Positions 30,929 through 40,377 of a stretch of DNA of 64,000 bases are shown in pieces. The position numbers and the translations under genes are program-made. This stretch comes from Nitrosomonadales bacterium (GTDB lineage: Bacteria; Pseudomonadota; Gammaproteobacteria; Burkholderiales; Gallionellaceae): contig JACRED010000031.1 in the NCBI GenBank assembly GCA_016218415.1, positions 30,756 to 94,755 on the forward strand, written 5' to 3'. The notes beneath the pieces were generated by a model. It ran no database searches. It saw only the letters and a list, made by a program, of their open reading frames with translations, and was not told where the DNA came from. Positions within the stretch are counted from its first letter, which is position 1. Every line of letters starts with the position of its first letter.

Positions 30929-31900
30929 CTATTTCACGTCCTGGGCACACCTGAAGCCCACGTCTATCAGCGCGGCCTGCGGCAACAAATGGGTACGCTT
31001 GGCAGCGCGGAATACTACGCTGAGCGAATCATAATGCCCCGAACTTGCCATTCCCCCGCGTACTGCGCGCTGGGTCTTGCCGAAGAATTTGTTGTCTGAA
31101 GGCGCGGCGCCCGGATACGCGTCATACCAGTCGGCGGTCCATTCCGCGACATTGGCGGCCATGTCATATACGCCATAGACAGACTTGTCGCCCGGAAATG
31201 AGCCAACCTTGGAATAGGGCATCTCATCGTCTCCGGACGCGGAATTTACGTTTTTGGGATTCCATTCGTTTCCCCAGGGATATTCCAGGCCTTGGGTGCC
31301 GCGTGCAGCTTTTTCCCATTCGGCTTCGGTCGGCAACCGTTTGCCCAGCCATTTGCAGTAGTTGTTGGCTTCGGACCAGGATACCGCTGTCACCGGAAAT
31401 GCACCGCGCTCGTTCTGGATTTTATCCAGTTCGGCAAGCAGCGCATCGCGGGACATCTTGGTGGTGTCCATGTCGAGCTTGAATTTGTCCGTTGCAATCT
31501 GGCGCAATTCCTCCAGGGGCAAATAGCCCAGCAGTTCGTCGGTGAAATCGTATCCATTCCTCACCCACGCGTACGGTGGAGTGCGTCCGGTCAAGGCCAC
31601 ATATTCGCGGTACTGTGCGTTGGTGACTTCATATTGGTCGATCATGAAATCGGGGAGCATTACCTTGTGCATCGGATGTTCATCGACATACAGGCGGTCC
31701 CGGAAGCCGAACGGGTTGAGCGCGTTGGCATCGCGCCATTTGCTGGGGTCGTCCTGCCTGTCTGAACCCATGATGAATTCGCCTGCCGGAATCAATACCA
31801 TGCCTTTAACGGCGGGTTTGTCGGCGGCATGGGCTGAAACGATTATTGCCCCGGACAGGGCGGCAAGGAAAATGCTGCGCAATATGTGTTTATTTGTCAT
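30929..31900 (-). CDS. Exported FGE-sulfatase (SUMF1/NirV-like) domain protein lacking the catalytic Cys pair
   Basis: Signal peptide; IPAGEFIMGS, YEVTNAQY, RLPTEAEWEKAARG, GFRCA. Confidence 0.88.
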   Translation of the reverse strand: MTNKHILRSIFLAALSGAIIVSAHAADKPAVKGMVLIPAGEFIMGSDRQDDPSKWRDANALNPFGFRDRLYVDEHPMHKVMLPDFMIDQYEVTNAQYREYVALTGRTPPYAWVRNGYDFTDELLGYLPLEELRQIATDKFKLDMDTTKMSRDALLAELDKIQNERGAFPVTAVSWSEANNYCKWLGKRLPTEAEWEKAARGTQGLEYPWGNEWNPKNVNSASGDDEMPYSKVGSFPGDKSVYGVYDMAANVAEWTADWYDAYPGAAPSDNKFFGKTQRAVRGGMASSGHYDSLSVVFRAAKRTHLLPQAALIDVGFRCAQDVK

Positions 31901-32942
31901 CTTTGGCACACCGGAATCCGAAACTGGAATTTTTAATGTTCTGTTTGAAATAACTGCGATTGAATGAGGGGGCGGAAACGCCGCACTGGTAGAACGAGCA
32001 ATCCCACCACGAACCGCCCTTCAATACTTTGTAGAGTTCACCGTAATTCTCGCTGGGCCACTGATTGCCGGGATATTGCGTGTACCACGAGTCTGTCCAT
32101 TCCCATACGTTACCCGACATGTCGTACAGGCCGTAAGGACTCTTGCCTGCTTCAAATGAACCTACAGGCATGGTGTCGCCTTCCATCTCCAGGGATTTCC
32201 AGCGCACCGGTGAGTTGACCTTGTTGACGTCGAAATCGTCTCCCCATGGGAAATCGCGTCCATCCGTGCCCCGTGCGGCCTTTTCCCATTCGACGTCGGT
32301 CGGCAGGCGCTTGCCCGCCCATTGGCAATAATCATGGGCATCGTACCAGGAGACCCAGACAACCGGATGGTCCACCTTGCCTTCAGGGTAAGTCCTGTTG
32401 CGGAAATGATTGGGCGATTTCCGGTTGGTGGCATCGATGAATTGCTTGTATTGCAGATTGGTGACTTCGTACTTGTCTATCAGGAAAGCCTTGGTTTCAG
32501 CGGTGTGCTCCGGACCCTCGTCGGGCAGACGGTGATTGGAGCCGCGGATGAAGGGTCCTGCGGGGATAGGAACCATCACATGGGGATCCTTGCCGATGCG
32601 GGTCTCGTTATAGAACATCGGAACGCTCATTCCGGCCGTCGCATCCGGAGGCGGGGCAATTTTCAGCTTGTTCGCATAGGGATCGTTAAAGGTCTTCTCG
32701 GCAACGGGGGCGATGAAATCGCTTTCGTCGGAAGAGTGGCACTCGTTGCAATCGTTGGCCATGCTGGATTTGAAAACATCCACCTGGTTTTTTGCATGGC
32801 AGGATGCGCATGATTCCGCGGCTTGGACAGCGTGGTTGTAACGCGCCGGGCGTACGGTATCGTCTGCCAATGAATCGGTGCTGAATATTGCCAGCGCCAG
32901 CAGGAAAAGGGCGTGAACGGAACTTGAGGCAGAAGGGAACAT
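31890..32942 (-). CDS. Exported FGE-sulfatase domain protein with two N-terminal CXXCH heme motifs
   Basis: CASCH, CNECH, RLPTDVEWEKAARG, GNVWEW, GGSWWDCSFYQC, GFRCA. Confidence 0.88.
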   Translation of the reverse strand: MFPSASSSVHALFLLALAIFSTDSLADDTVRPARYNHAVQAAESCASCHAKNQVDVFKSSMANDCNECHSSDESDFIAPVAEKTFNDPYANKLKIAPPPDATAGMSVPMFYNETRIGKDPHVMVPIPAGPFIRGSNHRLPDEGPEHTAETKAFLIDKYEVTNLQYKQFIDATNRKSPNHFRNRTYPEGKVDHPVVWVSWYDAHDYCQWAGKRLPTDVEWEKAARGTDGRDFPWGDDFDVNKVNSPVRWKSLEMEGDTMPVGSFEAGKSPYGLYDMSGNVWEWTDSWYTQYPGNQWPSENYGELYKVLKGGSWWDCSFYQCGVSAPSFNRSYFKQNIKNSSFGFRCAKDDK

Positions 32943-33092
32943 TTCGATGCGACCACTGATGATTTAACTTTTTTTATTCTCCCATGATACATGGGGAGAT
33001 TCAAGTGCGGTATTAACCGGATGAGCACGTGCCGGCCTATTGTCCGAGGATAATCACGGGTCATTACGGTGGGCGGAATCCAGAGGTCGTTG

Positions 33093-33989
33093 CTAAGCTT
33101 TGTTCATGGAGATATGCTGAAATAACTCCAGTCTGCGCGCATCGATCTTGCCCGCCTCGACCGCATTGCGTAATGCGCAGCCCGGTTCATGGGTGTGGTG
33201 GCAGTCGTGAAAGCGGCACTGGCCGAGATATTTTGCGAACTCGACGAAACCCTGTTCTATTCCGCCGAAGCTCAGGTGGTGCAGGCCGAATGCCTGCACG
33301 CCGGGGCAATCGATCAGATGGCTGTTTTCATTGATTTGGTACAGGCGCGCATGGGTGGTGGTGTGCTTGCCGGAATCCAGCGCGGTGGAGATTTCGCGGG
33401 TGGCGGCCTGTGCTTCGGGCAGCAGCGCGTTGATCAGCGTGGATTTTCCCATGCCGGATTGTCCGACCAGCACGCTGGTGTGGCCGGCCAGGAATGGGCG
33501 CAGGGTCGTAACGTCCTGTTTCGCGCTGAGTTCCAGTATCCGGTAACCGATCGCAGCGTAGGGCGCGAGCCGCCGGCGCGCGGCGACGGCGGCCCCGGCA
33601 AGGTCGCATTTGTTCAGCACGATCAGCACATCCAGCTTCTGGTCGTATGCCGCGACCAGGCAGCGCGCCAGCAGCTCGTCGCTGAACGAGGGCTCGGCAG
33701 CGACCACAATGACGATCTGGGTGACATTTGCGGCGATGAGCTTTTCGCGGAAGGCGTCGGAGCGATGCAGCAACGAGCGGCGCGGCGCGATACCTTCGAT
33801 CACGCCCTGAGCGCCGGTGCCGTTCTCTGTCGAGGCCTCTCCGGTCAGTTTGATGGTTACCGTGTCGCCGCATACCACTTCGCTTTTTTTGCCGCGCGTC
33901 AGGCAGATGATCTCGCTGCCATCGGCAAGACGTGTCAGATATTGCCGGCCGAATGCGGCGACGACCTGCCCCTGGACCACGGCGCTCAA
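33093..33989 (-). CDS. rsgA: Ribosome small subunit-dependent GTPase A
   Basis: NKCD, GQSGMGKS, GKHTTT, CRFHDCHHTHEPGC. Confidence 0.95.
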   Translation of the reverse strand: MSAVVQGQVVAAFGRQYLTRLADGSEIICLTRGKKSEVVCGDTVTIKLTGEASTENGTGAQGVIEGIAPRRSLLHRSDAFREKLIAANVTQIVIVVAAEPSFSDELLARCLVAAYDQKLDVLIVLNKCDLAGAAVAARRRLAPYAAIGYRILELSAKQDVTTLRPFLAGHTSVLVGQSGMGKSTLINALLPEAQAATREISTALDSGKHTTTHARLYQINENSHLIDCPGVQAFGLHHLSFGGIEQGFVEFAKYLGQCRFHDCHHTHEPGCALRNAVEAGKIDARRLELFQHISMNKA

Positions 33990-34324
33990 ATTTTGAACAG
34001 CATGTCCACCTTGGCGGCGCAGATGAAGTCGTTTTCCGACAGGCCGTGGATGGCGTGGGTGGTGTATTCGACCTGACAGCTGTTATAGGTGACGGTCAGG
34101 TCCGGGTGATGGTCTTCGCGGTGCGATATCCACGCGATCGCGTTGACGAACGCGATGGTCTGGTAATAGTCCTTGAAGCGGAAAGTCTTGTTGATCAGGT
34201 GGTCGTAACGTTGCCAGCCTTCGAGCTGTTTCATCAGGCTGTCAGCCTCGGCGTTCGACAGCGGCGGCACACCGCCTTCGCAGGGCTTGCATTGCTTGTT
34301 GGTCAAATCGCATGTGGTGTTCAT
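33986..34324 (-). CDS. Pterin-4-alpha-carbinolamine dehydratase
   Basis: CKPCEGG, EDHHPDL, THAIHGLSENDFICAAK. Confidence 0.92.
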   Translation of the reverse strand: MNTTCDLTNKQCKPCEGGVPPLSNAEADSLMKQLEGWQRYDHLINKTFRFKDYYQTIAFVNAIAWISHREDHHPDLTVTYNSCQVEYTTHAIHGLSENDFICAAKVDMLFKI

Positions 34325-34332
34325 GGCGCTGC

Positions 34333-34650
34333 TCACTTGAATTTGTAGTAATTGTTGAGGTAGGCGGCAAGGTCCTGTTTTTGCTGCGCGGTGAGGTGCG
34401 CGTTGACGTTGCCGCTGCACATGCCGATCTGGTCGATCAGACTGTCCGGCGTGCTCACTTTGCGGGTCAGGCGGGTGAATATCTTGTTGCCGTCCCCTCC
34501 CATCATCGTATCGTGGCAGCTGTTGCATTTGTACTGTTCGAACAATTTCTGCCCGTTCACGGCATTGCCGCCGGGGAAGGGATTGGCGGATGCGGCCGTT
34601 GCGGCGCACAACAACAGCAAAGCGGTCTTCAGTTTCGTTGCCAGTTTCAT
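34333..34650 (-). CDS. Small periplasmic monoheme cytochrome c
   Basis: Signal peptide, CNSCH, C-terminal LAAYLNNYYKF; RBS GGAG upstream. Confidence 0.85.
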   Translation of the reverse strand: MKLATKLKTALLLLCAATAASANPFPGGNAVNGQKLFEQYKCNSCHDTMMGGDGNKIFTRLTRKVSTPDSLIDQIGMCSGNVNAHLTAQQKQDLAAYLNNYYKFK

Positions 34651-34670
34651 GGAAGTTCTCCTCGTTGGGT

Positions 34671-35915
34671 TTACCGGGCCTGCAAATGCGCGATGCGCAC
34701 CGCAGCGGGCGGATGCGAATCGTAGAACCTGGAGTACAGCGGGTCGGGCGTGAGCGTCGCGGCGTTGTCCTGATACAGCTTCACCAGCGCGTTGACCAGA
34801 TCGTTCGCGGCGGTCTGCTTCGCGGCGTAAGTATCGGCCTCGAACTCGTGCTTGCGCGAATAAGCCGACATCAGCGGGTGCAGCAGGAAACTGAACACCG
34901 GCATGATCATGAAGAACAGCAGCAGTGCAAGCGCGGTGGACGGGGTGTCGACGCCCAGGCCCCGGTAGAACCACGAGGTCTGCATCAGCTGGCCGAGCAG
35001 CCACAGGAATCCCAGGCTCATCGCGAAGCTCATCGCAATGCGTTTCATCACATGGCGGCGCTTGAAATGGCCGAGTTCATGTGCCAGCACCGCCTCGATC
35101 TCGTTGCCGCTCAGGCGTTCCAGCAGCGTGTCGAAGAACACGATGCGCTTGGTCTTGCCGAAACCGGTGAAATAGGCGTTGCCGTGCGCGCTGCGCTTCG
35201 AGCCGTCCATCACGAACAGGCCGCTCGCGGCAAAACCGCATTTTTGCAGCAGTGCTTCGATGCGCGCTTTCATCGCCTCGTCCTGCATCGGCGTGAACTT
35301 GTTGAACAGCGGGGCGATGAACGTCGGGTAGATGAACAGGATGAGCAGGTTGAACGCCATCCAGGTCAGCCAGACATACAGCCACCAGTATTCGCCCATG
35401 CGCTCCATCAGCCACAACACGCTGAACAGCAGCGGCAGCCCGAGGGCGGCGCCGATCAGCAGGCCCTTCAGCGCGTCCTTGAGATACAGCGCGACAGTCA
35501 TTTTGTTGAAACCGAAACGCGCTTCGATGACGAAGGTGCGATACAGGTTGAAGGGTATTTCCAGCAGCGAGGAGAGCAGCAGCACCGCAACGATGGTGGC
35601 CATGCCCTGTGCGATCGGCGAGCCGAACCAGCCATTGCTCATGCCGGCGATGAACCGGATGCCGCCGCCCAGCGTGAAAGCCAGCAATAGCGCGGCGTCG
35701 AACACTCCGCCGAGCATGGCCAGGCGGGTCTTGGCCGAGGTGTAGTCGGCCGCATTCTGGTGGTCGCCGAGCCGGATCTTTTCGCGGAAGGCGTCAGGCA
35801 CGGCGGCGCGATGCGCGGCGATATGTGCCAGATGGCGGCGGGCCAGCCACAGCTTCGCCAGCGTGGTCAGGAGCAGCGCGGCGATAAAAACAAAAGTGAA
35901 TTGCGTGGCGGTCAT
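34671..35915 (-). CDS. M48 family (Ste24-like) membrane metallopeptidase
   Basis: DGSKRSAHGNAYFTGFG, AHELGH, EFEAD, SHPP. Confidence 0.93.
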   Translation of the reverse strand: MTATQFTFVFIAALLLTTLAKLWLARRHLAHIAAHRAAVPDAFREKIRLGDHQNAADYTSAKTRLAMLGGVFDAALLLAFTLGGGIRFIAGMSNGWFGSPIAQGMATIVAVLLLSSLLEIPFNLYRTFVIEARFGFNKMTVALYLKDALKGLLIGAALGLPLLFSVLWLMERMGEYWWLYVWLTWMAFNLLILFIYPTFIAPLFNKFTPMQDEAMKARIEALLQKCGFAASGLFVMDGSKRSAHGNAYFTGFGKTKRIVFFDTLLERLSGNEIEAVLAHELGHFKRRHVMKRIAMSFAMSLGFLWLLGQLMQTSWFYRGLGVDTPSTALALLLFFMIMPVFSFLLHPLMSAYSRKHEFEADTYAAKQTAANDLVNALVKLYQDNAATLTPDPLYSRFYDSHPPAAVRIAHLQAR

Positions 35916-35996
35916 AGGGGGTTATTTCAGTGTTCGCAAGGCGTGCGCTTGTGACACAATACGCACTCTATCGTTCAATTAACAGACGCGCGAATT

Positions 35997-36542
35997 ATGG
36001 CACAAAACCAAAACTACCTTATCTGGATAGACATGGAGATGACCGGCCTGGTCCCGGACACCGACCGTGTGATCGAAATCGCCCTGGTGATCACCGACAA
36101 TAATCTGGAAACCATCGCCGAAGCGCCGGTGATGGTGGTGCATCAGACGGACAGCGTGCTCGACGGCATGGATGCGTGGAATAAATCCACGCACGGCAAA
36201 TCGGGTCTGATCGACAAGGTGAAGGCATCCGTGCTGGACGAGGCGACCGTGGAAGCGCAGTTGCTGGAATTCCTCAAGGAATATGTGCCTAACCGCACTT
36301 CGCCGATGTGCGGCAATTCCATCTGCCAGGACCGGCGCTTCCTTGCCCGCTGGATGCCGAAGCTGGAGGATTATTTCCATTATCGAAACCTGGACGTGAG
36401 CACGCTCAAGGAGCTGGCCAAGCGCTGGAAACCCGACATGGCGCAGGGTGTGAAGAAGCACGGCAAGCACGAGGCGCTCGCGGACATCTACGAATCCATC
36501 AACGAGATGAAGCATTACCGCGAGCATTTCATCAAGCTTTAA
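35997..36542 (+). CDS. orn: Oligoribonuclease
   Basis: [36 protein letters not shown]. Confidence 0.97.
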   Translation: MAQNQNYLIWIDMEMTGLVPDTDRVIEIALVITDNNLETIAEAPVMVVHQTDSVLDGMDAWNKSTHGKSGLIDKVKASVLDEATVEAQLLEFLKEYVPNRTSPMCGNSICQDRRFLARWMPKLEDYFHYRNLDVSTLKELAKRWKPDMAQGVKKHGKHEALADIYESINEMKHYREHFIKL

Positions 36543-36583
36543 TTGCGTCTCGCGCCCCGCGCAGGCCGGACGAGGAGGTGAAC

Positions 36584-37027
36584 ATGTATCAACGCATATT
36601 GGTTCCGGTCGACGGCAGCGACACTTCCGCGCGGGCATTGCGCGAGGCCGTCAAGATCGGGGGTGGGAGGGCGGGTTTGCGTCTGATTTATGTGCTTGAG
36701 GAGACCTATCCGCTGGATGCCGAGGGTTATGCCTTCATCGATCACGATGCGTTGCGGGAAGCGGCAAGGCGTACCGGAGAACGTATCCTGGCGCAGGCTG
36801 CGAAGGTGGCTCGCGACTCCGGCGCGGCGGTGGAAACCGTATTGCTGGACGCAGGGGACCGGCGCGTCGCCAGCGTGATCGATGAAGATGCGCGCAACTG
36901 GCCGGCGGAACTGATCGTGGTCGGCACGCACGGCCGCTCCGGCCTCAGCCGCCTGCTGCTGGGCAGCGTTGCCGAAGGCGTGGCGCGCGGAGCGTCGATG
37001 CCGGTGCTGCTGGTCCGCGGCGAATGA
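36584..37027 (+). CDS. Universal stress protein
   Basis: [31 protein letters not shown]; RBS GAGGAGG. Confidence 0.93.
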   Translation: MYQRILVPVDGSDTSARALREAVKIGGGRAGLRLIYVLEETYPLDAEGYAFIDHDALREAARRTGERILAQAAKVARDSGAAVETVLLDAGDRRVASVIDEDARNWPAELIVVGTHGRSGLSRLLLGSVAEGVARGASMPVLLVRGE

Positions 37028-37036
37028 TGCGGATGG

Positions 37037-37552
37037 TCAGCGGCTCCAGCTGACGCGCAGCAGGTTCTGTTCAGGGTTGTAGTGGAACTCCAGCCCGCCC
37101 TGATAGGCGTGGTGCAGCGCTTCCCCGATGCCGCGCGCCAGATGGATGTCTGTCGTCGTCACCTGCATGCCGTGTCCGTTCTTTTTGATGTCCATGATGC
37201 GCTGCAACGGGTGCTCCGCTTTTTCCTGTGTTTCCCGGTGCCGTATCAAACTCAGTATTTCCTGATCGTGCGCCGCGAAAAACTCGCCGCTCACCGACAC
37301 ATAGCCGGCGGGGAAATCGTCACGCACCCGATGGCAGGCCGGGCAGGTCGCCTGGTGCGCATCCTTGGGTTTATCCAGCCATTGCCAGCGCCCGCCGTGA
37401 AATACCGCTCCGCAGTCGGGGCAACAGGTTGGCTCGTGCAGCTTGCCCTTGATCTTGTAACTGTCATGCACCGTTTCCTGCAGCAGCCGGTCGCGCCGGA
37501 TGGAATGAAAGCCGGGCGGGTGCAAGCCAGTGCCAGGTAAGTGATTGCTCAT
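37037..37552 (-). CDS. BCAM0308-like conserved protein (CxxC...CxxC)
   Basis: CPDCGAVFHGGRWQW, CPAC, EKAEHPLQRIM, TTTDIHLARGIGEAL. Confidence 0.75.
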   Translation of the reverse strand: MSNHLPGTGLHPPGFHSIRRDRLLQETVHDSYKIKGKLHEPTCCPDCGAVFHGGRWQWLDKPKDAHQATCPACHRVRDDFPAGYVSVSGEFFAAHDQEILSLIRHRETQEKAEHPLQRIMDIKKNGHGMQVTTTDIHLARGIGEALHHAYQGGLEFHYNPEQNLLRVSWSR

Positions 37553-37621
37553 GATAGCCTCCTCGCGTTCGCGTATCCCCGCCTGTCCGCCGGTTTTTCA
37601 GGGGGCGGGGATCGCAGTGCT

Positions 37622-38074
37622 TCAGGTGATCGAAACATTGATCGATTTGGTTTTGCTCTTGCCGGATTTCGGCAGCGTGACGTTAATCATGCCGTCCTTG
37701 AATTCGGCTTTTACTGTGGCCTCGTCGACATCGTCCGGCAGCCGGAAGCTGCGCATGAAGCTGCCGTAGGAACGCTCGATGCGGTGGAACTTCTTGTCCT
37801 TCTCTTCTTTTTCCATCTTGCGCTCGCCGCGCATCGTGATCATGCCGTCCTCTATCGTGACCTTGACATCTTCCTTGTTCACGCCGGGAATCTCGCCCTT
37901 GATCAGATAGGCCGCGTCGGTCTCGGTGATGTCTACGGTAGGCGCCCAGTCCGCCACGGTCAATACTTCGCGGTCAGGTTCGGTGTGGGCCGGAAAGCGC
38001 CCGAAGATACGGTTCAGATGTTTGGAAACATCTTCCAGTTCCACGAACGGATCCCATTTGACTAAGTTGCTCAT
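37622..38074 (-). CDS. Hsp20 small heat-shock protein
   Basis: DWAPTVDITET, ERSYGSFMRSFRLPDDVD, FKDGMINVTLPK. Confidence 0.93.
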   Translation of the reverse strand: MSNLVKWDPFVELEDVSKHLNRIFGRFPAHTEPDREVLTVADWAPTVDITETDAAYLIKGEIPGVNKEDVKVTIEDGMITMRGERKMEKEEKDKKFHRIERSYGSFMRSFRLPDDVDEATVKAEFKDGMINVTLPKSGKSKTKSINVSIT

Positions 38075-38280
38075 GATAGCGCTCCTTGGTGATGAGCCGC
38101 CCCGAAACAGTCCTCGCGCCAGAGGCAACCGCCCTGGTCGCATACACCGTCGTATGCGGTGGCGAAGCAGGTGAAGTTGCCTTCCTGGGCCTGTATCGTT
38201 TTGATCAGCTCGGTTTTGGAAAGATGGCCGGGTTTGATGCTGCGCGATTTGGCCATGTTGCGTATGACTTCCAGTTTCAT
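38071..38280 (-). CDS. Small SAP/Rho-N-like helix protein with a Cys-rich tail
   Basis: KTELIKTIQAQEGNFTCF...CDQGGCLWREDC; RBS AAGGAG; stop overlaps the hsp20 start. Confidence 0.75.
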   Translation of the reverse strand: MKLEVIRNMAKSRSIKPGHLSKTELIKTIQAQEGNFTCFATAYDGVCDQGGCLWREDCFGAAHHQGALS

Positions 38281-38351
38281 GCTGTTCTCCTTGTAAAGGT
38301 TGAACTGCGAATACCAGATTTTCGTCTCCGGAATATCGGAGGGGGTAACTA

Positions 38352-38380
38352 ATATGGACCTGAAGAAGTCAAAATTCAAG
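38352..38380 (-). promoter_or_regulatory. sigma32-like promoter of the SAP-hsp20-BCAM0308-like operon
   Basis: Minus strand reads CTTGAAT-14 nt-GTCCATAT. Confidence 0.6.
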
Positions 38381-38500
38381 GGTTATTTATACATGCCTGA
38401 ACAGGTCGGTAATCGCGTGAAAGTGGCACGGTTATTGGTTGGCGGGGGGTGAATCCAGTACCGGACTCTGGAATGGAAATGATTGGTGATTTTATTCGGT

Positions 38501-39307
38501 TTATCGCGTGGCGATGTCGGGAAAAGGCTGTACATCAATGCCGTTTTTCCACAACTGAGCGATCACCGGGCGAGCGGTATTCTGTGAGCCGCTGGTCCAG
38601 AAATATTCTTCACCGTCACGTTTCGCTTGAGACAGCATCGCGATGCTGTCCAGCCGGCGGCGCAGTTCGCGCGCGATGGCGGCGGCGGGATCGAGTATCG
38701 CGACCGAAGGCCCGGCAATCTCGCGGATCAGCGGCGCAAGGAAAGGATAGTGGGTGCAGCCCAGCACCAGCGTGTCGGCATGTTGTTCGAGCAGTGGCTT
38801 GATATAGCGTTCGAGTAAAGTGCGGGTCTCGTCTCCCGACAGATTTCCCGCTTCCACCAATTCGACCAGGCCGGGGCAGGCCTGCATCAGGATTTTGACA
38901 TCGGCGCCAAAGCGTTCATGCAGCCTCGCGAAATTGTCGCTGCCCAAGGTGCGGCTGGTGGCCAGCACGCCGACCACGCCGGACTTGGTGTGCGCCGCCG
39001 CCGGTTTCACCGCGGGCTCCATCGCGACGATGGGGATCGTGTAACGTCCGCGCAGGGTGGCGACTGCCGCACTCGTCGCGGTGTTGCAGGCCACCACGAT
39101 GGCTTTGGCGTTCCGGCCCAGCAGGAACTCTGTGATGGCGACCGCGCGCGCCTCGATCTGGTGACCGGGCTTGTCGCCATACGGCGCATGGCCGGAATCC
39201 GCGACATACAGCAAATCCTCGTGCGGCAGCTCGCGGCGGATCTCGCGCAGCACCGACAGGCCGCCCACACCCGAGTCGAAAACGCCGATAGGATTACTGG
39301 AAGTCAT
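38501..39307 (-). CDS. murI: Glutamate racemase
   Basis: IGVFDSGVGGLSV, VVACNTAT, LGCTHYP. Confidence 0.96.
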   Translation of the reverse strand: MTSSNPIGVFDSGVGGLSVLREIRRELPHEDLLYVADSGHAPYGDKPGHQIEARAVAITEFLLGRNAKAIVVACNTATSAAVATLRGRYTIPIVAMEPAVKPAAAHTKSGVVGVLATSRTLGSDNFARLHERFGADVKILMQACPGLVELVEAGNLSGDETRTLLERYIKPLLEQHADTLVLGCTHYPFLAPLIREIAGPSVAILDPAAAIARELRRRLDSIAMLSQAKRDGEEYFWTSGSQNTARPVIAQLWKNGIDVQPFPDIATR

Positions 39308-39328
39308 TTCTCGAATCGATCATCCTGT

Positions 39329-39985
39329 TTAACTGGCTGACACAGTGCGATGCCTGTCCACCCAGTAGCCCCATGCCACCAGCAGCCATTGCGCCTGACC
39401 CACCCAGGCGATTGCCGTGTCGCTGGGCGGAGGCGCGCCGAAGGCATTGCCGAGATTGATCGCCATCAGGAATGCGACCAGCGACCACAGCGCCCATTTG
39501 CCGGTCGCGTCGATCGCCCGGGTGGTGCACAGATACAGCCACATGCCCAGCGCAAAGATCGCGAGTTCCAGAACCATTTCGATTATCGGCAAAGACCAGA
39601 GCGCGAAACCAAACAGAGGAGAATCGCCCGGGTAGAGCGGCAAGTCCGGGTAGTGGACGATCAGGTCGAGCAGCCAGTGGCTGACGACCGCCAGCCCGAG
39701 CACGATAGCGCCGATGCGGCTGCGGCGGATGGCGTAATAGGCCGCCGCAAACAGCGTCGCCCAGATCATCACTGCCAGCAGGCTGTGCGAGTACGGGTAG
39801 TGCACAAAATCCAGCGGCGGATGCCTGGTGCCATCGGTGATGATGTTTACCCGCTCGATGCCGAGCAGCAGCAGTGTCGGCCACAGCAGGTCGATGAATT
39901 GTGCGGCCAGGAATAGTGTACCCAGCGAGACTTTGGGTGCGGCGGCTTTTGCGCCGAAGCCGATGCCAAAATGGGCCATGAACAT
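39329..39985 (-). CDS. Membrane protein, metal-dependent hydrolase-like
   Basis: MFMAHFG, AAQFIDLLWP, YPYSHSLL, SHWLLDLIVH; multiple TM segments. Confidence 0.8.
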   Translation of the reverse strand: MFMAHFGIGFGAKAAAPKVSLGTLFLAAQFIDLLWPTLLLLGIERVNIITDGTRHPPLDFVHYPYSHSLLAVMIWATLFAAAYYAIRRSRIGAIVLGLAVVSHWLLDLIVHYPDLPLYPGDSPLFGFALWSLPIIEMVLELAIFALGMWLYLCTTRAIDATGKWALWSLVAFLMAINLGNAFGAPPPSDTAIAWVGQAQWLLVAWGYWVDRHRTVSAS

Positions 39986-40022
39986 TGGTGTTACTCCCGT
40001 GAAATTCCAATCAACTCTGAAA

Positions 40023-40043
40023 CAAAACCGCCGAGGGTTCCCC
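40023..40043 (+). repeat. Truncated 5' remnant of the ~270 bp repeat
   Basis: CAAAACCGCCGAGGGTTCCCC versus repeat start CAAAACCGCCGGGGGTTGCCC. Confidence 0.6.
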
Positions 40044-40052
40044 ATCATAAGG

Positions 40053-40078
40053 CCGTTCGCCCTGAGGTATCGAAGGGT
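40053..40078 (+). repeat. REP-like element CCGTTCGCCCTGAGGTATCGAAGGGT, outer left boundary of cassette 2
   Basis: Homolog of 148-173, in the same position relative to the L repeat. Confidence 0.7.
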
Positions 40079-40093
40079 GAGCGCACCTAACAT

Positions 40094-40365
40094 CAAAGTC
40101 AAAACCGCCGGGGGTTGCCCGGCAGCAAGTTACCTTCTTTTGCTTCGCCAAAAGAAGGTAACCGAAGAAAAGGCGACCCCGGTTTACCGCCCCCTACGGG
40201 GGTTCCCTGCGTTGCTCGACTGGCCAAGCGGCTGCGGAACTCGCGCTACGCGCTCAGACAGTCCTCGCCGAAATCCCCTGACCAGTCTGCGCTACTCGGC
40301 GGCGCTCAGGGGAGATAAAGCAAACCCTAAAATCTTAAAATCGGGTGGGCAACAAGTTGCCCACC
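40094..40365 (+). repeat. ~270 bp structured repeat, left-type copy (L2)
   Basis: Near-identical to 215-485, including the terminal palindrome at 40344-40365. Confidence 0.95.
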
Positions 40366-40377
40366 ATACTGTGGTAC

